Assembly (NCBI RefSeq): GCF_006345805.1
Contig: NC_043015.1
Location: forward strand, 42,966,001 to 43,030,000
Length of the DNA: 64,000 nucleotides
Direction of reading: 5' to 3'
From: Octopus sinensis
Taxonomy: Eukaryota
Below the pieces are notes generated by a model that searched no databases, had not been told where the DNA came from, and saw only the letters and a list, made by a program, of their open reading frames with translations. The translations under genes and the position numbers were made by a program. Positions within the stretch are counted from its first letter, which is position 1. Every line of letters begins with the position of its first letter. Shown here piece after piece: positions 48,117-61,850 of the stretch.

Positions 48117-50056
48117 AGTTGCCCATGCATACCAGCCTCCCCTATCCATACCACTGATGTTTTCCAAGGGAAAGACAAAGGGGCCGATACAGCTTGGCCC
48201 CAGTGACATCATCGCAACTCATTTCTACAGCTGAGTGAACTGGAGCAATGTGAAATAAAGTGTCTTGCTCAAGAACTCAACACACAGCCCGGTCAGGGAA
48301 TCGAACTCACAACCTCATGAAGTAAACCGAGGCGATCAGGACTGGAACATCTTTGATCAGGGTTGAACAACAATAAAACAACAGCAACATCAGTACCACT
48401 ACCACCAAGGCCAGCACCGCCACCGTCATCTAGACAATGTCAGACATTTCAAGATTCCTCTACAGATCAGCAGCCGACGAGATTGTTTGCAGGACATTCT
48501 GTGGAGGAACGAAGGCTGATGCAAAAAGCTTCTATTCACACTTCTCACTCATATTTGAATATCTTATTTCGTGTGTGTGCGTGTTTGTGTACATGTATGT
48601 ACAGACATATATATATATACATATATACATACATACATATATATATACATACATACATATATATATATATATACATACATACATACATACATATATATAT
48701 ATACATACATACACATACATATACATACATACATATACATATACATACATACATATACATACATATATATACATACACACATATATATATATACATACAT
48801 ATATATATATTTACATACACACATGCCTCTTTCAAAGATATACAGTTACATACATATAACTACGTGTGTACATAAACATACACACACCATTTTACAAAGA
48901 TATACACAGAAATACATACATATAAACAGCACACTCTCTCTCCCTCACACACACACCACAATGCTCATTAATATGTGCACGTATGCATTTATGCACACTT
49001 ACACACTCGCATATACACACACCTCTGACAACAATGTGCACACACTTATACATACACACACACATATATACACAGCTCTTCATGTTGTCTAGCAGGAATA
49101 GATTACATGATTTAAGTCCAAACCTATTAAGACAGAACAAACAGCACTTGAGCCAGTCTTGGAGATTATTTGTCTAACGGCAACGACACACACACACACA
49201 CACGCACACACACACACAACATACACAGACACACACACAGCACATGTACACAGACACGCATAAAATGTGTTGTTGATGGATTGCTGTACAGCTGTGTGTG
49301 AAGGGTAAGGAGCCCACCTCAGAGGGATGTCACAACTGGAACAATGGTTACAACAAGGATGATGATGATGATGAGGAGGATGATGATGAGGATGATGGAG
49401 ATGGTGATGATAGTGATGATTGTGCTGGTAAGGGGGATTAAATGGATGATTTCCTTAATTGCTCATAACAAAGCAACACAACTGGAATATTTTTGAAGAT
49501 GATGATGATGATGATGATAATAATAATAATAATAGTATAAATAATAATAATAATAATGATGATAATAATAATAATAATAATAATGATAATAATAATAATA
49601 ATGATGATAATAATAATAATAGTATCAATAATAATAGTAATAATAATAATAGTAATAATAATAATAGTAATATTTCGTTTTTGGAGTCAAGACTATTGAA
49701 AAGGTTGCAAGACGCAATGAAAATTTTAGGAAAATAAAAATAAGGAATAAGTGGAAATTTTACTGGTGAGTGTGTTAAATTATAAGGCACAAAAAGAAAA
49801 TGACTCTCCCCAGACACAACAGAATAATAGTAATCTTTTCTACTCTTGGCATAAGGCCCCAAATTTTTTTTGGGGGGGAGGGAGCCAGTCGATTAGATTG
49901 ACCTGAGTATGCAACTAGTGCTTAATTTATCGACCCTGAAAGGATGAAAGGCAAAGTCGACTTTGGTGGAATTTGAACTCGGAATGTAAAAATGGACAAA
50001 ATGCTTTGTTTAACAAATAGTAATTTTGCCAGTTCATTGCTTTGATGGCAATAATG

Positions 50057-50092
<36 letters not shown>

Positions 50093-50968
50093 TCACTAGT
50101 ACAACACCAAAAAAACCCCTCAAATATATGGCACACTAGGCATAACAACAACGTGAACTTCCAACCTGTTGTCTCTTGGGGTCTCTGGGTGAGACTTGGA
50201 GCCAACTTGTACAAATATAAAGCAAAAGTCAAACATATAATAATAATAATAATAATAATAATTTCAGGTTTTGGCACAAGGCCAAGAATCTATTTGATTA
50301 CATTGACCCCAGTGCTCGACTGGTACTTAATTTTTTGACCCCTGAATGAATGAAAGGCAAAGTCAACCTTGGTGGAATTTGAACTCAGAACACAAAGCCA
50401 GACAAAATGCTGCTCTGCCTTTTGCCTGATTAGCTTGTTTGGAAACATTCGAGGGTTGATGACAGGAAGGGCATCCAACCATAGAAAAATCTGCCTCAAT
50501 AAACTGTCCGATCCTTGCAAGCGTGGTAAACTGGACATTAAAACTATGACGATCACACACATACACAAACACACATACACACACAGCCCGCTACATTAAT
50601 CTCCAATTCATTCCAACTGCGAAACCAATAAGAGATTCCTTGCCGCTACTTGTAAAGGAATCATTCTTCTAAGCTTACCATTATTGTTCTGTAGCCAAGC
50701 TGAAAACGTTAGGATTTTTCGGAGAACAATTAGTTGAAACAATGCGTTCTGCTTTCAGTGTGTGCGTGTGCATGGAGGAACATCTTACTATCAACCTGAC
50801 TCTCTCTCTCTCTCTCCTCTCTATACAATATGTATACATTTGTGTGTGTGTGTTGTGTTGTGTGTGTGATTATTTACGCATTAATTGAAAATGAGGATAG
50901 CATAGATATAGATTTTTCCTTACATTTGTTTCCTTCACAATTTGTAATTGTTGCATGCTCATCACCAC

Positions 50969-50969
<1 letters not shown>

Positions 50970-51004
<35 letters not shown>

Positions 51005-51845
51005 TATTATTATTACAATTATTATTATCATTATTATTACTATTATTATTATTATTAACATTATTATTATTATTATCATTATTATTACTACTATTATTAT
51101 CCCTATTATTATTATTATTACTATTATTATCATTATTATTACTATTATTATTATTATCATTATTATCATTATTACTATTATTATCATTATTATTATTATC
51201 ATTATTATTATTATCCCTATTATTATTATTATTATTATTATTACTATTATTATCATTATTATTACTATTATTATTATTATCATTATTATTATTATTACTA
51301 TTATTATCATTATTATTATTATTATTATCATTATTATTATTATTACTATTATTATTATTATTATATTATTATTATACAATTATTATTATCATTATTATTA
51401 TACTATTATTATTAACATTATTATTATTATTATCATTATTATTATTACTATTATTATTATTATTACTATTATTATCATTATTATTACTATTATTATTATC
51501 ATATTATTATTATTACTATTATTATCATTATTATTATTATTTCATTATTATTATTATATTATTACTATTATTATTATTACTATTATTATTATCATATTAT
51601 TACTATTATTATTATTATTAACATATTATTATTATTATATTATTATTATTACTATTATTATCCCTATTATTATTATTATTACTATTATTATCATTATTAT
51701 ACTATTATATTATTATCATTATATTATTATTACTATATTATCATTATTATTATATCATTATTATATATCCCTATTATTATTATTATCATTATTATCCCTA
51801 TTATTATTATTATCATTATTACTATTATTATCCCTATTATTATTA

Positions 51846-51883
<38 letters not shown>

Positions 51884-51890
51884 TACTTAG
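50970..51890. repeat. About 920-bp degenerate (ATT)n array
   Basis: ATT units with ATC/ACT/CCCT variants. Confidence 0.95.
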
Positions 51891-52242
51891 TATCTCGTTT
51901 TCTTTTTTATTCCCTCTTCCACAACTCACTCAAATGTTCTTTGTTTATTGTCACAAACATGTTTTAATCTTTTTCCTCAAACACAGAATGGATTCTCCGG
52001 AAAATAACTTGGCTTGCTTACTTTGCGAGCGAGCGCGCACGTGTGTATGTGTGTTTGTGTGTGTTTTCATTTTCTTCAAATAATTGTTGTAACTGATCAC
52101 CCTCGTGTATGTGTGTGTGCGTATTGCTGTGGCTATTAGAAGTATCATGCTTTGAAAGATAACTCTTTTTATAGCGTGTGTGTGTATATATATGTATCTA
52201 TATGTGTACACGCACACACACATATATATAAATGAGTATGTA

Positions 52243-52292
<50 letters not shown>

Positions 52293-52543
52293 CATTTAGC
52301 TTATCTATCTGTGGAATCAGTTCCATTCAATGTCCATTGTCAACATTTGAAAAGCTTGTTTGTTGCTTCCATGACTGCAGAGAGGAGGGGGAAAAAAAAA
52401 TCCCAAACGGAAAACAAAAAAATAACCCCCCTCCCCCCGAAAAAAAAAACCCAAACAAAAAACAAAAGAAAATTAAAAAGCAAGAAATGAAAATAGACTT
52501 GATAAGGAATATAACAGAAATCAAAACAATAAACAAAAGCACA

Positions 52544-52589
<46 letters not shown>

Positions 52590-53508
52590 GACAAGTCCCT
52601 AATATTAGTTGTGTGTTCATTAATAAAAGTGATTTGGACATAACAAGCCAGGGAGACATTGTTTTTACCAGGTCACAGAAAGTGATCAATGTAGCAGCAG
52701 CAGTAGTAGTAGCAGTAGCAGCAGCAGTAGTAGTGGTAGTAGTAGTAGTAGTAGTAGCAGCAGCAGCAGTAGTAGTAGTGGTAGTATTAGTTTCAGATGT
52801 TTCAATAAGCTTGCTGTTTATTCTAAAAATTTGGATGACCACAGGTCACTGCTGGTCAAACTGCAGCTGATGCACCATACTGCAGTCTTCAAACCTATGA
52901 TGTGCAGCTTGAGACATAACATTATGTTTCAGTGCTTTGTTTTTTTGTTTTTTGTTTTATAAACACATGCTTGCTTTTACATCATCATCATCCTCATCGA
53001 ATGTCCGTTCTCCATGCTGGCATGGGGGCTATACAGTTTGACAGGGGTCGGTCAGTCAGAGGGCTGCACCAGGCCCCAGTCATCTGTTTTGGCTTGGTTT
53101 TTTAAGCTGGACGCCCTTCCTAATGCCGAGAGTGTAGTGGGTGCTTTTTATGTGCCACCAGCACAGGGCCCAGAGGAGCTGGCATCAACCACGATCAGAT
53201 GGTGCTTTTTACGTGCCACCGGCACAGAAGCCAGCCAAGGCGGAACTGGCATCGAACACATCCAGACGGTGCTTTTTATGTGCTACTGGCACAGGGGTCA
53301 CAACTACAATTTCCATTTGATTTGATTTTGATATTGCTGTTGATGTTGATGTACTTGACTCAATAGGTCTCCATAAGCATGGCATGTAACCCTACGATCC
53401 AAGGTTCTTTTGAGTCGGCTGGTTATGCGACACTGGTGTAGGTTACAGCTTTGGATTCACTTTATTTGCCGGGTCCTCACAGTCACAGCATATATATATA
53501 TATATGTG

Positions 53509-53539
<31 letters not shown>

Positions 53540-53866
53540 GTATATATATATATAGGGTAATTAGAGCTAGCAGTTGGAATAACCATCTAAGGGATAAGAA
53601 TATCCGTCTTTACTATTGCTATAAATTACCTGTGTTAACCCATGACGGTATGCAAACATATTATGCTCAAAGGATACAGGCAATAACAGAATAAACAAGA
53701 ATTTATCAGGTATCAAATTTAAATTATGCAGAAATTGGAGAAAATTTTTTGATCAACAAAGAAATTGACTATCAGTTATTATATATGTGTAGAGATACGT
53801 GTCTATATAAATATATATATATATATGTAGATATTTATATATATGTGTATATATATATATGTATAC

Positions 53867-53912
<46 letters not shown>

Positions 53913-53914
53913 AC

Positions 53915-53966
<52 letters not shown>

Positions 53967-54352
53967 TAAATCTCCAGTTTAGGTACACTTACCAACCTAC
54001 CCGGGCTTAAACTGTAAGCTGTACTTTGCGATATAAACAAATATAAACAGACGTAAACATAATATCCTTTATGCACATAGCTATCACCATGACCACCGAT
54101 ATTTTGAGACTCAAAACACAGCCAGACAGAAGAATACCTTTATTTCCCCCACCCACAGAGATATACTGGAGATATCACACAAAAGACGTGTTTATGTTTG
54201 TTTATTTTACGCAGCAGAAGTTTGTAATTCAAGTGTACTACATTATAGGCACAATAAAAACCAGAGATTATCCAGTGCATGAAATTATATATCATCATCA
54301 ATTAACATCCGTTTTTCCATGCTGGCATGGGTTGGACGGTTTGACCAGAACT

Positions 54353-54986
54353 AAGGCGGCGAGCTGGCAGAAACGTTAGCATGCCGGGCGAAATGCGTAG
54401 CTGTATTTCGTCTGCTGCGACGTTCTGAGTTCAAATTCCGCCGAGGTCGACTTTGCCTTTCATCCTTTCAGGGACGATAAATTAAGTAGCAGTTATGCAC
54501 TGGGGTCGATCTAATCGACTTAATCCGTTTGTCTGTCCTTGTTTGTCCTCCCTGTGTTTAGCCCCTTGTGGGTAGTAAAGAAATAGTTATTTTGTCTGCT
54601 GTTACGTTCTGAGTTCAAATTCTGCCGAGGTCGATTTTGCCTTTCATCCTTTCGGGGTCAATTAAATAAGTACCAGTTACGCACTGGGGTCGATATAATC
54701 AACTTAATCCTTTTGTCTGTCCTTGTTAGTCCCCTTTATCTTTAGCCCCTTGTGGGCAATAAAGAAATAAGAAACGTTAGCACGTTGGGTGAAATGCGTA
54801 GCTGTATTTCGTCTGCCATTACGTTCTGAGTTTAAATTCCGCCGAGGTCGACATTACCTTTCATCCTTTCGGGGTCGATAAATTAAGTACCAGTTACGCA
54901 CTGGGGTCGATGTAATCGACTTAATCCGTTTGTCTGTCCTTGTTTGTCCCTTCTGTGTTTAGCCCCTTGTGGGTAGTAAAGAAATA
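54353..54986 (+). mobile_element. Head-to-tail trimer of SINE family C
   Basis: Three units bounded by a single perfect 15-bp TSD GGTTTGACCAGAACT (54338-54352 / 54987-55001), inserted in an RTE 3'-end relic. Confidence 0.85.
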
Positions 54987-55360
54987 GGTTTGACCAGAAC
55001 TGGCTAACAAGAGAGCTGCACCCGATTCCAATCTTTATTTCTACAGCTAGGTGCCTTTCCTAATGCCAACCACCTTACAGTGTGGTACAAGGCTTTTTTA
55101 GGCCAATCCTTTTCATTGGGGGCAGCAGCATTGACACTTCTGCTGCGGAGGACAGGTGTAGATAGAGATAGACATATACATTCAAACGTAACCACACACA
55201 CACATAAAGATCCCCCTTTATAGGAGACAAGCAGCCACCCATACATATCAATCTCCCCTATTTACGTCACTCATGTTATCCAAGGGAAAGACAAAGGCTG
55301 TTACAGCTTGGCACCAGTAAGGGTTTTTCACTACTCGGAGAAGGTCCTAGGATATATATA

Positions 55361-55724
55361 CTCTTTTACTTGTTTCAGTCGAACAAATCGACCCCAGGAC
55401 TTATTCTTTGTAAGCCTAGTACTTATTCTATCGGTCACTTTTGCTGAACTGCTAAGTTACTGGGACGTAAACACGCCAGCATCAGTTGTCAAGCGATGTT
55501 GGGGGAACAAATACAGACACAAACACACACATATATATATATATAAATATACACACACATATATACAACGGGCTTCTTTCAGTTTCCGTCTACCAAATCC
55601 GCTGACAAGGCTTTGGTCGGCCCGAGGCTATAGCAGAAGACACTTGCCCAAGGTGCTATGCAGTGGGACTGAACCCGGAACCATGTGGTTGGTACGCAAG
55701 CTACTAACCACACACACCCACTCC
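55361..55724 (-). mobile_element. SINE family A (reverse)
   Basis: Family sequence; CCTAGGATA on both sides (55346 / 55723). Confidence 0.85.
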
Positions 55725-55854
55725 TAGGATACATATATATATACATATATAGTTACCCCGCCCCCCCCCCCCAAAAAAAAACGAGGAAAAACACAACACG
55801 AAGACATGGTACATGCAAAGTATTAGCAGACGCTCGGGGAAGGAAAGAAAAGTA

Positions 55855-55889
55855 GTTTTACATTTCGAGCAAAGCTCTTCGTCAGAAAC
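55855..55889 (-). ncRNA. Minimal Penelope-type hammerhead motif
   Basis: GUUU-CUGACGA-A-GAGC-UUU-GCUC-GAAA-UG-U-A-AAAC: intact core with an extra A after A9, 4-bp stems I and II, loopless stem III. Confidence 0.55.
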
Positions 55890-56000
55890 AGGAGACAGAG
55901 AAAGGTCCAAGAAAAAAGGAAGATGGAGGGGAAAAAAAATCACCAACGATCCACATGTGGTTACACTCACACATATGCATGTATGAACACATATATATGT

Positions 56001-56035
<35 letters not shown>

Positions 56036-57044
56036 CATATATATAATGTTTATGTACAATCTATAATGTCAGTTTTCAACGTAAAACATGATTGCAAAGT
56101 GATATACAAGAAAAGAGAAACAACAAAAACCAAAACAAACAAGTCAAAAGCACAGAATAAATCCATACATCTAATTACAATTATAAACGATATCGTTTTC
56201 ACCTATGAGAGGAATCTGAGCAATCTCAGAGAATGCAGCTGTTAGTTGTACGACCTAATAGCAATGACATTTCATTTGCAACTCGCATCAACTCCACTCA
56301 TTGTATATTGTATATGGCATTGTATAATTCTTATTCTGTATTCTGGCAGAATCTTTAACTACCAAAAGAAAATGCAAGAAGAGAGAGAAATAGAGAGAGA
56401 GAGAGAGGGGGTTAAGTTTGCTGGTGGCACATAAAAAGCGCCCACTACACTCTCGGAGTGGTTGGCGTTAGGAAGGGCATCCAGCTGTAGAAACTCTGCC
56501 AGATCAAGATTGGAGCCTGGTGCAGCAGTTCTGGTTCGCCAGCCCTCAGTCAAAATCGTCCAACCCATGCTAGCATGGAAAGCGGACGTTAAACAATGAT
56601 GATGATGATGATGATGATGATGTAGCAGAAATGAACTCAAAACCCCAATGTTGGGTCAAATGCTTGCTAAGAACTAATGAGCAGAATCCTCATCTTCATC
56701 GTTTTAATATCCATTTTCCTATGCTTGCATAGGTCTGGTGAAGTTTTTATTTAAGGTAGATTTTCTATGGCTGGATGCCTTTCCTGTTGTCAACACTTAA
56801 CTGTTTCCAAGGGAGGTAATATTTAAATTTCATGTTAGCTTTCAGTGGTTACAGCATTTGGCTCACAATTACGAGGTAGTGAGTTCGATTCTCGGACAAT
56901 GCAGTTATTCATAAAAACATTTGTAATTAATGAATACAGGATTTCGCAGCTCTAGCAACACTCCTTCATAGTCAGCCTAGGAATTTTCCAGAAGCCAATT
57001 AGTCATGTATAAGTATGTGTGTGTGAGCATGTGTGTTTGCGTTG

Positions 57045-57385
57045 AAGGCACATGGCTCAGTGGTTAGAGTGTTGGGTTAACAGTCTTGAAGAGGTGAGTT
57101 CAATTCCCAGACCAGGCTGTGTGTTGTGTTCTTGAGCAAGACACTTTATTTCATGTTGCTCCAGTTCACTCAGCTGTAGAAATGAGTTACAATGTCACTG
57201 TTGCCAAGCCGTATCGGCCCCTTTGCCTTTCCCTTGGATAACATCAGTGGTGTGCAGAGGGGAGGCTGGTATGCATGGGCAACTGCTGGTCTCCCATAAA
57301 CAATATTGCCCGGACCTGTGCCTGGGAGGGAAACTTTCTAGGTGCAATCCCATGGTCATTCATGACCGAAGAGGCGGTGGGTGGT
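57045..57385 (+). mobile_element. tRNA/CORE-type SINE family E; related copies at about 35575-35765(-), 37137-37450(+), 47395-47530(+), 48125-48320(-)
   Basis: GAAGGCACATGGCTCAGTGGTTAGAG..GAGTTCAATTCC..GTGTTCTTGAGCAAGACACTTTATTTCA. Confidence 0.75.
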
Positions 57386-57789
57386 CTTTATCCTTTTATG
57401 TTCCAAACACCAGCTTAATTATGATGAAATTATTTGAGCATATTCTTCACTAGTTTCAAATTTATTGAAAAAAAAAATACCGTATTTGAACAGAAATATT
57501 GGTAACAAAAGGGATAAGAACCTTTTCTGTTGGCCCTGTAGTTTCTGAAAGAATTATTGTGGAATTTCAGAAACTGTATGAATTACTAGTGCAATGCACC
57601 AAACAAAGAATTAAAAGTGCTAGGTCTTTTCTCTCCTTGAGTATTGTCTGTCAGTTCACAATTTTGAAATTATTTCTTCAATAAACTTTAAAAAAAAGTT
57701 AAATGAATTAAGAGTAATTTGCTTTGGTTGGCAGAATGTCATGTGACATAATATTGGCTTCATTTTATTTCCTTTTCTCACGGATGGAT

Positions 57790-57793
57790 GGAG

Positions 57794-57838
<45 letters not shown>

Positions 57839-58415
57839 TATAGATAGATAGAGAGGTAGATAGATAGAGATAGATAGATTGATAGAGAGAGAGAGATATA
57901 GATAGATAGAGAGAGAGAGAGAGATAGAGAGAGAGAGATAGACAGAGAGAGATATATATAGAGATATAGACAGATAAAGGGATAGATTGTGAGATAGATT
58001 GATAGATAGAGAGAGAGATTGATAGATAGAGAGATAGATTGATAGATAGAGAGAGAGAGAGATTGATAGATAGAGAGATTGATAGATAGATAGATAGATA
58101 GATAGATAGAGAAATAGATAGATAGAGGGATATATTGAGAGATAGAGAGAGATTGATAGAAAGAGAGAGATTGATAGAAAGAGAGAGATTGATAGATACA
58201 GAGATAGACAGATAGAGAGATAGTGAGAGATAGAGTGAAGAGAAAAAGAGAGATGAAAAGAGAAAGGAAAGATGGAGAGAAAGAGAAAAAGAGATGGATA
58301 GAAAAAGAGATGGAGAGAGAGAGAGAGAGAGAAAGAGTGAGAGGCAGAGTGACAAAACGAAAAATAGAGACAGAGATAGAGAGACAGAGATGGAGAGAGA
58401 GAGAGAGAGAGAGAG
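57790..58415. repeat. (GATA/GA)n array
   Basis: Direct inspection. Confidence 0.9.
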
Positions 58416-59054
58416 AATGAAGAGAAATATTATATTTCTACATGTTCAAGAGTAATTCTAGTTAAAGGAAGACCTATAAAGAACACAGAGACATTATTGG
58501 TAACAATGACGTAAATGAATTCAAAGCTTGGCGCTCGGATGATGTGACAGCGATGGCTTTCATCATAATGATTTCTGATTAAAGAAGAAAGCCAGCAATT
58601 CCGAGGGAAAGAATTGGTTGATTGGTGCTTGGCGTAGTGGTTGGGGTGTTGCATACATGATCGCAAGAATGTGGTTTTGATTCCCAGATTCGGGCCGAGT
58701 GTTTGAGTTCTTGAGCAAGTTGCTCTGTCTCATGCTGCTTCAGTTGCCTTAGGTGTAATTGGGTAGCCCCATGATGGGACTGGTGTTTGGTTCAGCGGGG
58801 ATGTAATGAACTTGGACACTTCTATGCACAATTGAAAGTGGGTAACTGGCCTGATGAGTCCAAAGACAGGTGACCATACTGTTCTGGAGTTGATGACGAT
58901 GGAAGGATGAAAGGCAAAGTTGACCTCAGCACAATTTGAACTCAGAACATAAAAATGGACAAAATAACATTAACATTTTGGCCAGTGCATTGTCAATTCT
59001 GTCAGCTCATCAGAACATAACAACAACAACAACAACAACAACAACAGCAGCAGC

Positions 59055-59397
59055 AACACTCAGAGAGCACAAACCTCTGCCAAGGCAACACCAACGTCTT
59101 CTTAACAATTAGCCGATGATTTTTAAAATGGGAATATCTGAAATAAACTCGACTGCTCTCTCAAACGAGAATACTAAAAATGAACCCGACCGCACTCAAA
59201 AATTAAATATAAAAACAGGAAAAATAATCTAAAATCATTGTCCAGTATCAGATCAATCCCAAAATCTGATCAGTTTGTGCCAGTCACAAGGCCAAACATC
59301 CCTGAAATTTTCATCTGAATCCATCAGGCAGTTCTTGAGATATCTTGTCCATGGACAAACAAACATGACTGAAAACAATACCTCTGCCTTCGCTAAT
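59055..59397 (-). mobile_element. Second HINE/DINE-1-like copy (reverse)
   Basis: Reverse complement homologous to 7278-7632 over its whole length. Confidence 0.65.
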
Positions 59398-59869
59398 ATG
59401 ATAACTCTTTTTACTGCAGGTATGTGGCCTGAAATTTTTAGGGGCAGGGTATAGTTTATTAATATCAACGCTAGTGCTCAACTTGTGCATCTTTCACCCC
59501 ATTAAAAGTGCCTTCCCTCTCAACTCATATAATTTCCCCTTAAAATCACCTTCCCTTTCCACTCACACATCTTTTGCCCCATTAAAATGACATTCTTTTT
59601 TTTCTTATATGTCCTTTCATTCCTGGTGCCTCTGTAACACACCATGGCCAGTGGGGAAATATTACCTGGTGACAGGAGAGGCACCTGACTGTAGAAGAAT
59701 CTGCCATAGTGATTGCTATTTGACTCATGCGAGCGTGGAAGTAATTGATGGTATGACGATGATGATGATGATGGTGGTGATGATGAAGGCAAAAGCTGAT
59801 GATGATGAGGGCAAAAGATGAGTGGCAAAGCTGACACAGATGTGAAATAGGCTCGGAATATAAGAAGGT

Positions 59870-60701
59870 TTTAATGAAATGCTGCAAGATGACTTGTCTT
59901 TGAGAAGAAGAAAAAGAAGATGACGAACAACAACAACAATTGGAAGAAGAAGAAGAAGAAGAAGACGAAGAATTGGAAGAAGAAAAGATGAAGAAGATGA
60001 AGCGGAAGAGGAAGAAGAAAAATTGGAAGAAGGTGAAGCGGAAGAGGAAGAGAAATTGGAAGAAAAAAAGATGAAGAAGAAGAAGAAGCAAAAATATGAG
60101 GAAGACGAACGAAGATGAAGGCAGAAAATAAAAGTAAGGTAATTGAAGAGATAAGACAAGGTGTAGAAGAAGAGAAAAAGGAAGAATGATGAAGAGAAAG
60201 AAAGAAGGAGAAAAATGAGGAATGAAAATTTGACATTTATGAATTAAACAAATAATTCTACATAAGAGGAAAAGATACGATCAGAGAATGGCTAATAATG
60301 CCGTCAGAAATACAAGTGTTGATCCACGGAGGGGGAACGTGGGGGGCGGTGGAGGGAGAAAGAGAGAAAGTGGGTGAAAGAGGCAGAGAAAGAGAGAGTG
60401 AGAGAGACAAGGCGAGAGAAAGGCAGTGATTGAGTGAAAGTTAAAGAGAGAAAGAGAGAGAGAGAGAGAGAAAGAAAGAACAAGACAGAGACAGAGTGAA
60501 TGAGAAAGACAGAAAGAGAGGAAGAGAGAGATAGAGAGAGAAAGGCAGAACAAGAAAGACAGAGTGGAAGAAAAAGAGAGAGAGAGAGAGAGAGAGAACA
60601 AAACAGACACAAAAAGAGTGGATGAAAAAGAGAGAGAGAGAGGCAGAGAGGGAAACAAATAGAGGAAGCATAAGAGAGAAAGAGAGAAAAAGAGAGGGGA
60701 T

Positions 60702-60740
<39 letters not shown>
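59870..60740. repeat. (GAA)n and (GA)n purine-rich tracts
   Basis: Direct inspection. Confidence 0.85.
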
Positions 60741-60742
<2 letters not shown>

Positions 60743-61565
60743 GTTGTGAAATAGTAGGGGGATATATCAAGTGCGTGTGTATGTGTATATGTGCCTGTAT
60801 GTGGCATGTTTATATTTGTGACTGTGTCTGTGTGTGTGTGTGCACATGTAGGATTTGAAACCGAAACTCAGGAACACTGGTCAACGAGTCTAACCTAAGA
60901 GGTGTTGTATGAGTGTGTGTGTGTGTGTGTGTGTAAATGTGGGCCAGCTGGTGTAAAGGTTTCATTATCTCCTCATCTGGACACTCCAGTAAGAAGATAA
61001 ACATATATCACCCTCCTGGGGCAGTAACTGACTCTTCTGATTGTTCAGATGAGGGTTAAGGTTGTTGTTTACTTAGGTTTAAATCAGCTCCTAATCCAGC
61101 AATACCTATGATCAAAAACAGTTCCAACTGTGACCACCCTTCTAAATCACACACGGCTGTGTGGTTTACAAGTTCGTTTCACAACCACATGGTTTCAGGT
61201 TCAGTCCCACTACACAGCACCTTGGACAAGTATCTTCTACTATAAACCTGGGCCACCCAATGCCTTGTAAGCGAATTTGTCAGACAGAAACCATGGAGGA
61301 CAGAATATTGGCATGGCTGTGTGGTAAGAAGCCTGCTTGAAAACCACCTGGTTCTGGGTTCAGTCCCACTGCATGATACCTTGGGCCTTCTACTATAGCC
61401 TTGGGATGACCAACAGCTTGCGAGTGGATTTGGTAGATGAAAACAGTAAGAAGCCCATCACACACATATACATACATACATATATATGTGTGTATGTATA
61501 TATATATATATATATATATATACATGTGTATAGGTGTGTGTGTATGTATGTATTCCTTCTCGACC

Positions 61566-61850
61566 TATGCCTGGCTCATAAGGGCCGGTTTACCGGTTTC
61601 CTTGGCATATAGGTTCCCCCACCTGGACGGGACACCTGTCTGTCGCAGGTGAGCTGCAAGATGCAGGAGGAAAGAGTGAGGGAAAGTTGTGGCGAAAGAG
61701 TCAGCAGAAGTTTGCCATTACCTTCTGCTGGAGCCGTGTGGAGCTTAGGTGTTTCGCTCATAAATACACACATCGCCCGGTCTGAGATTCGAACCTGCGA
61801 TCCCTCGACCGTGAGTCCACTGCTCTAACCACTAGGCCATGTGCCTTCAC
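61566..61850 (-). mobile_element. SINE family D (reverse)
   Basis: Reverse complement of the 30552 copy. Confidence 0.85.

Noticed and set aside
50830-51890. 263- and 311-aa poly-Leu/Ile ORFs (similarly 31461, 33625, 22411, 16499)
   Set aside because: Trinucleotide arrays, not proteins.
58851-58870. CTGATGA-GTC-CAAA-GAC hammerhead-like start
   Set aside because: Followed by AGGT rather than GAAA, and it lies in a degenerate SINE 3' domain.
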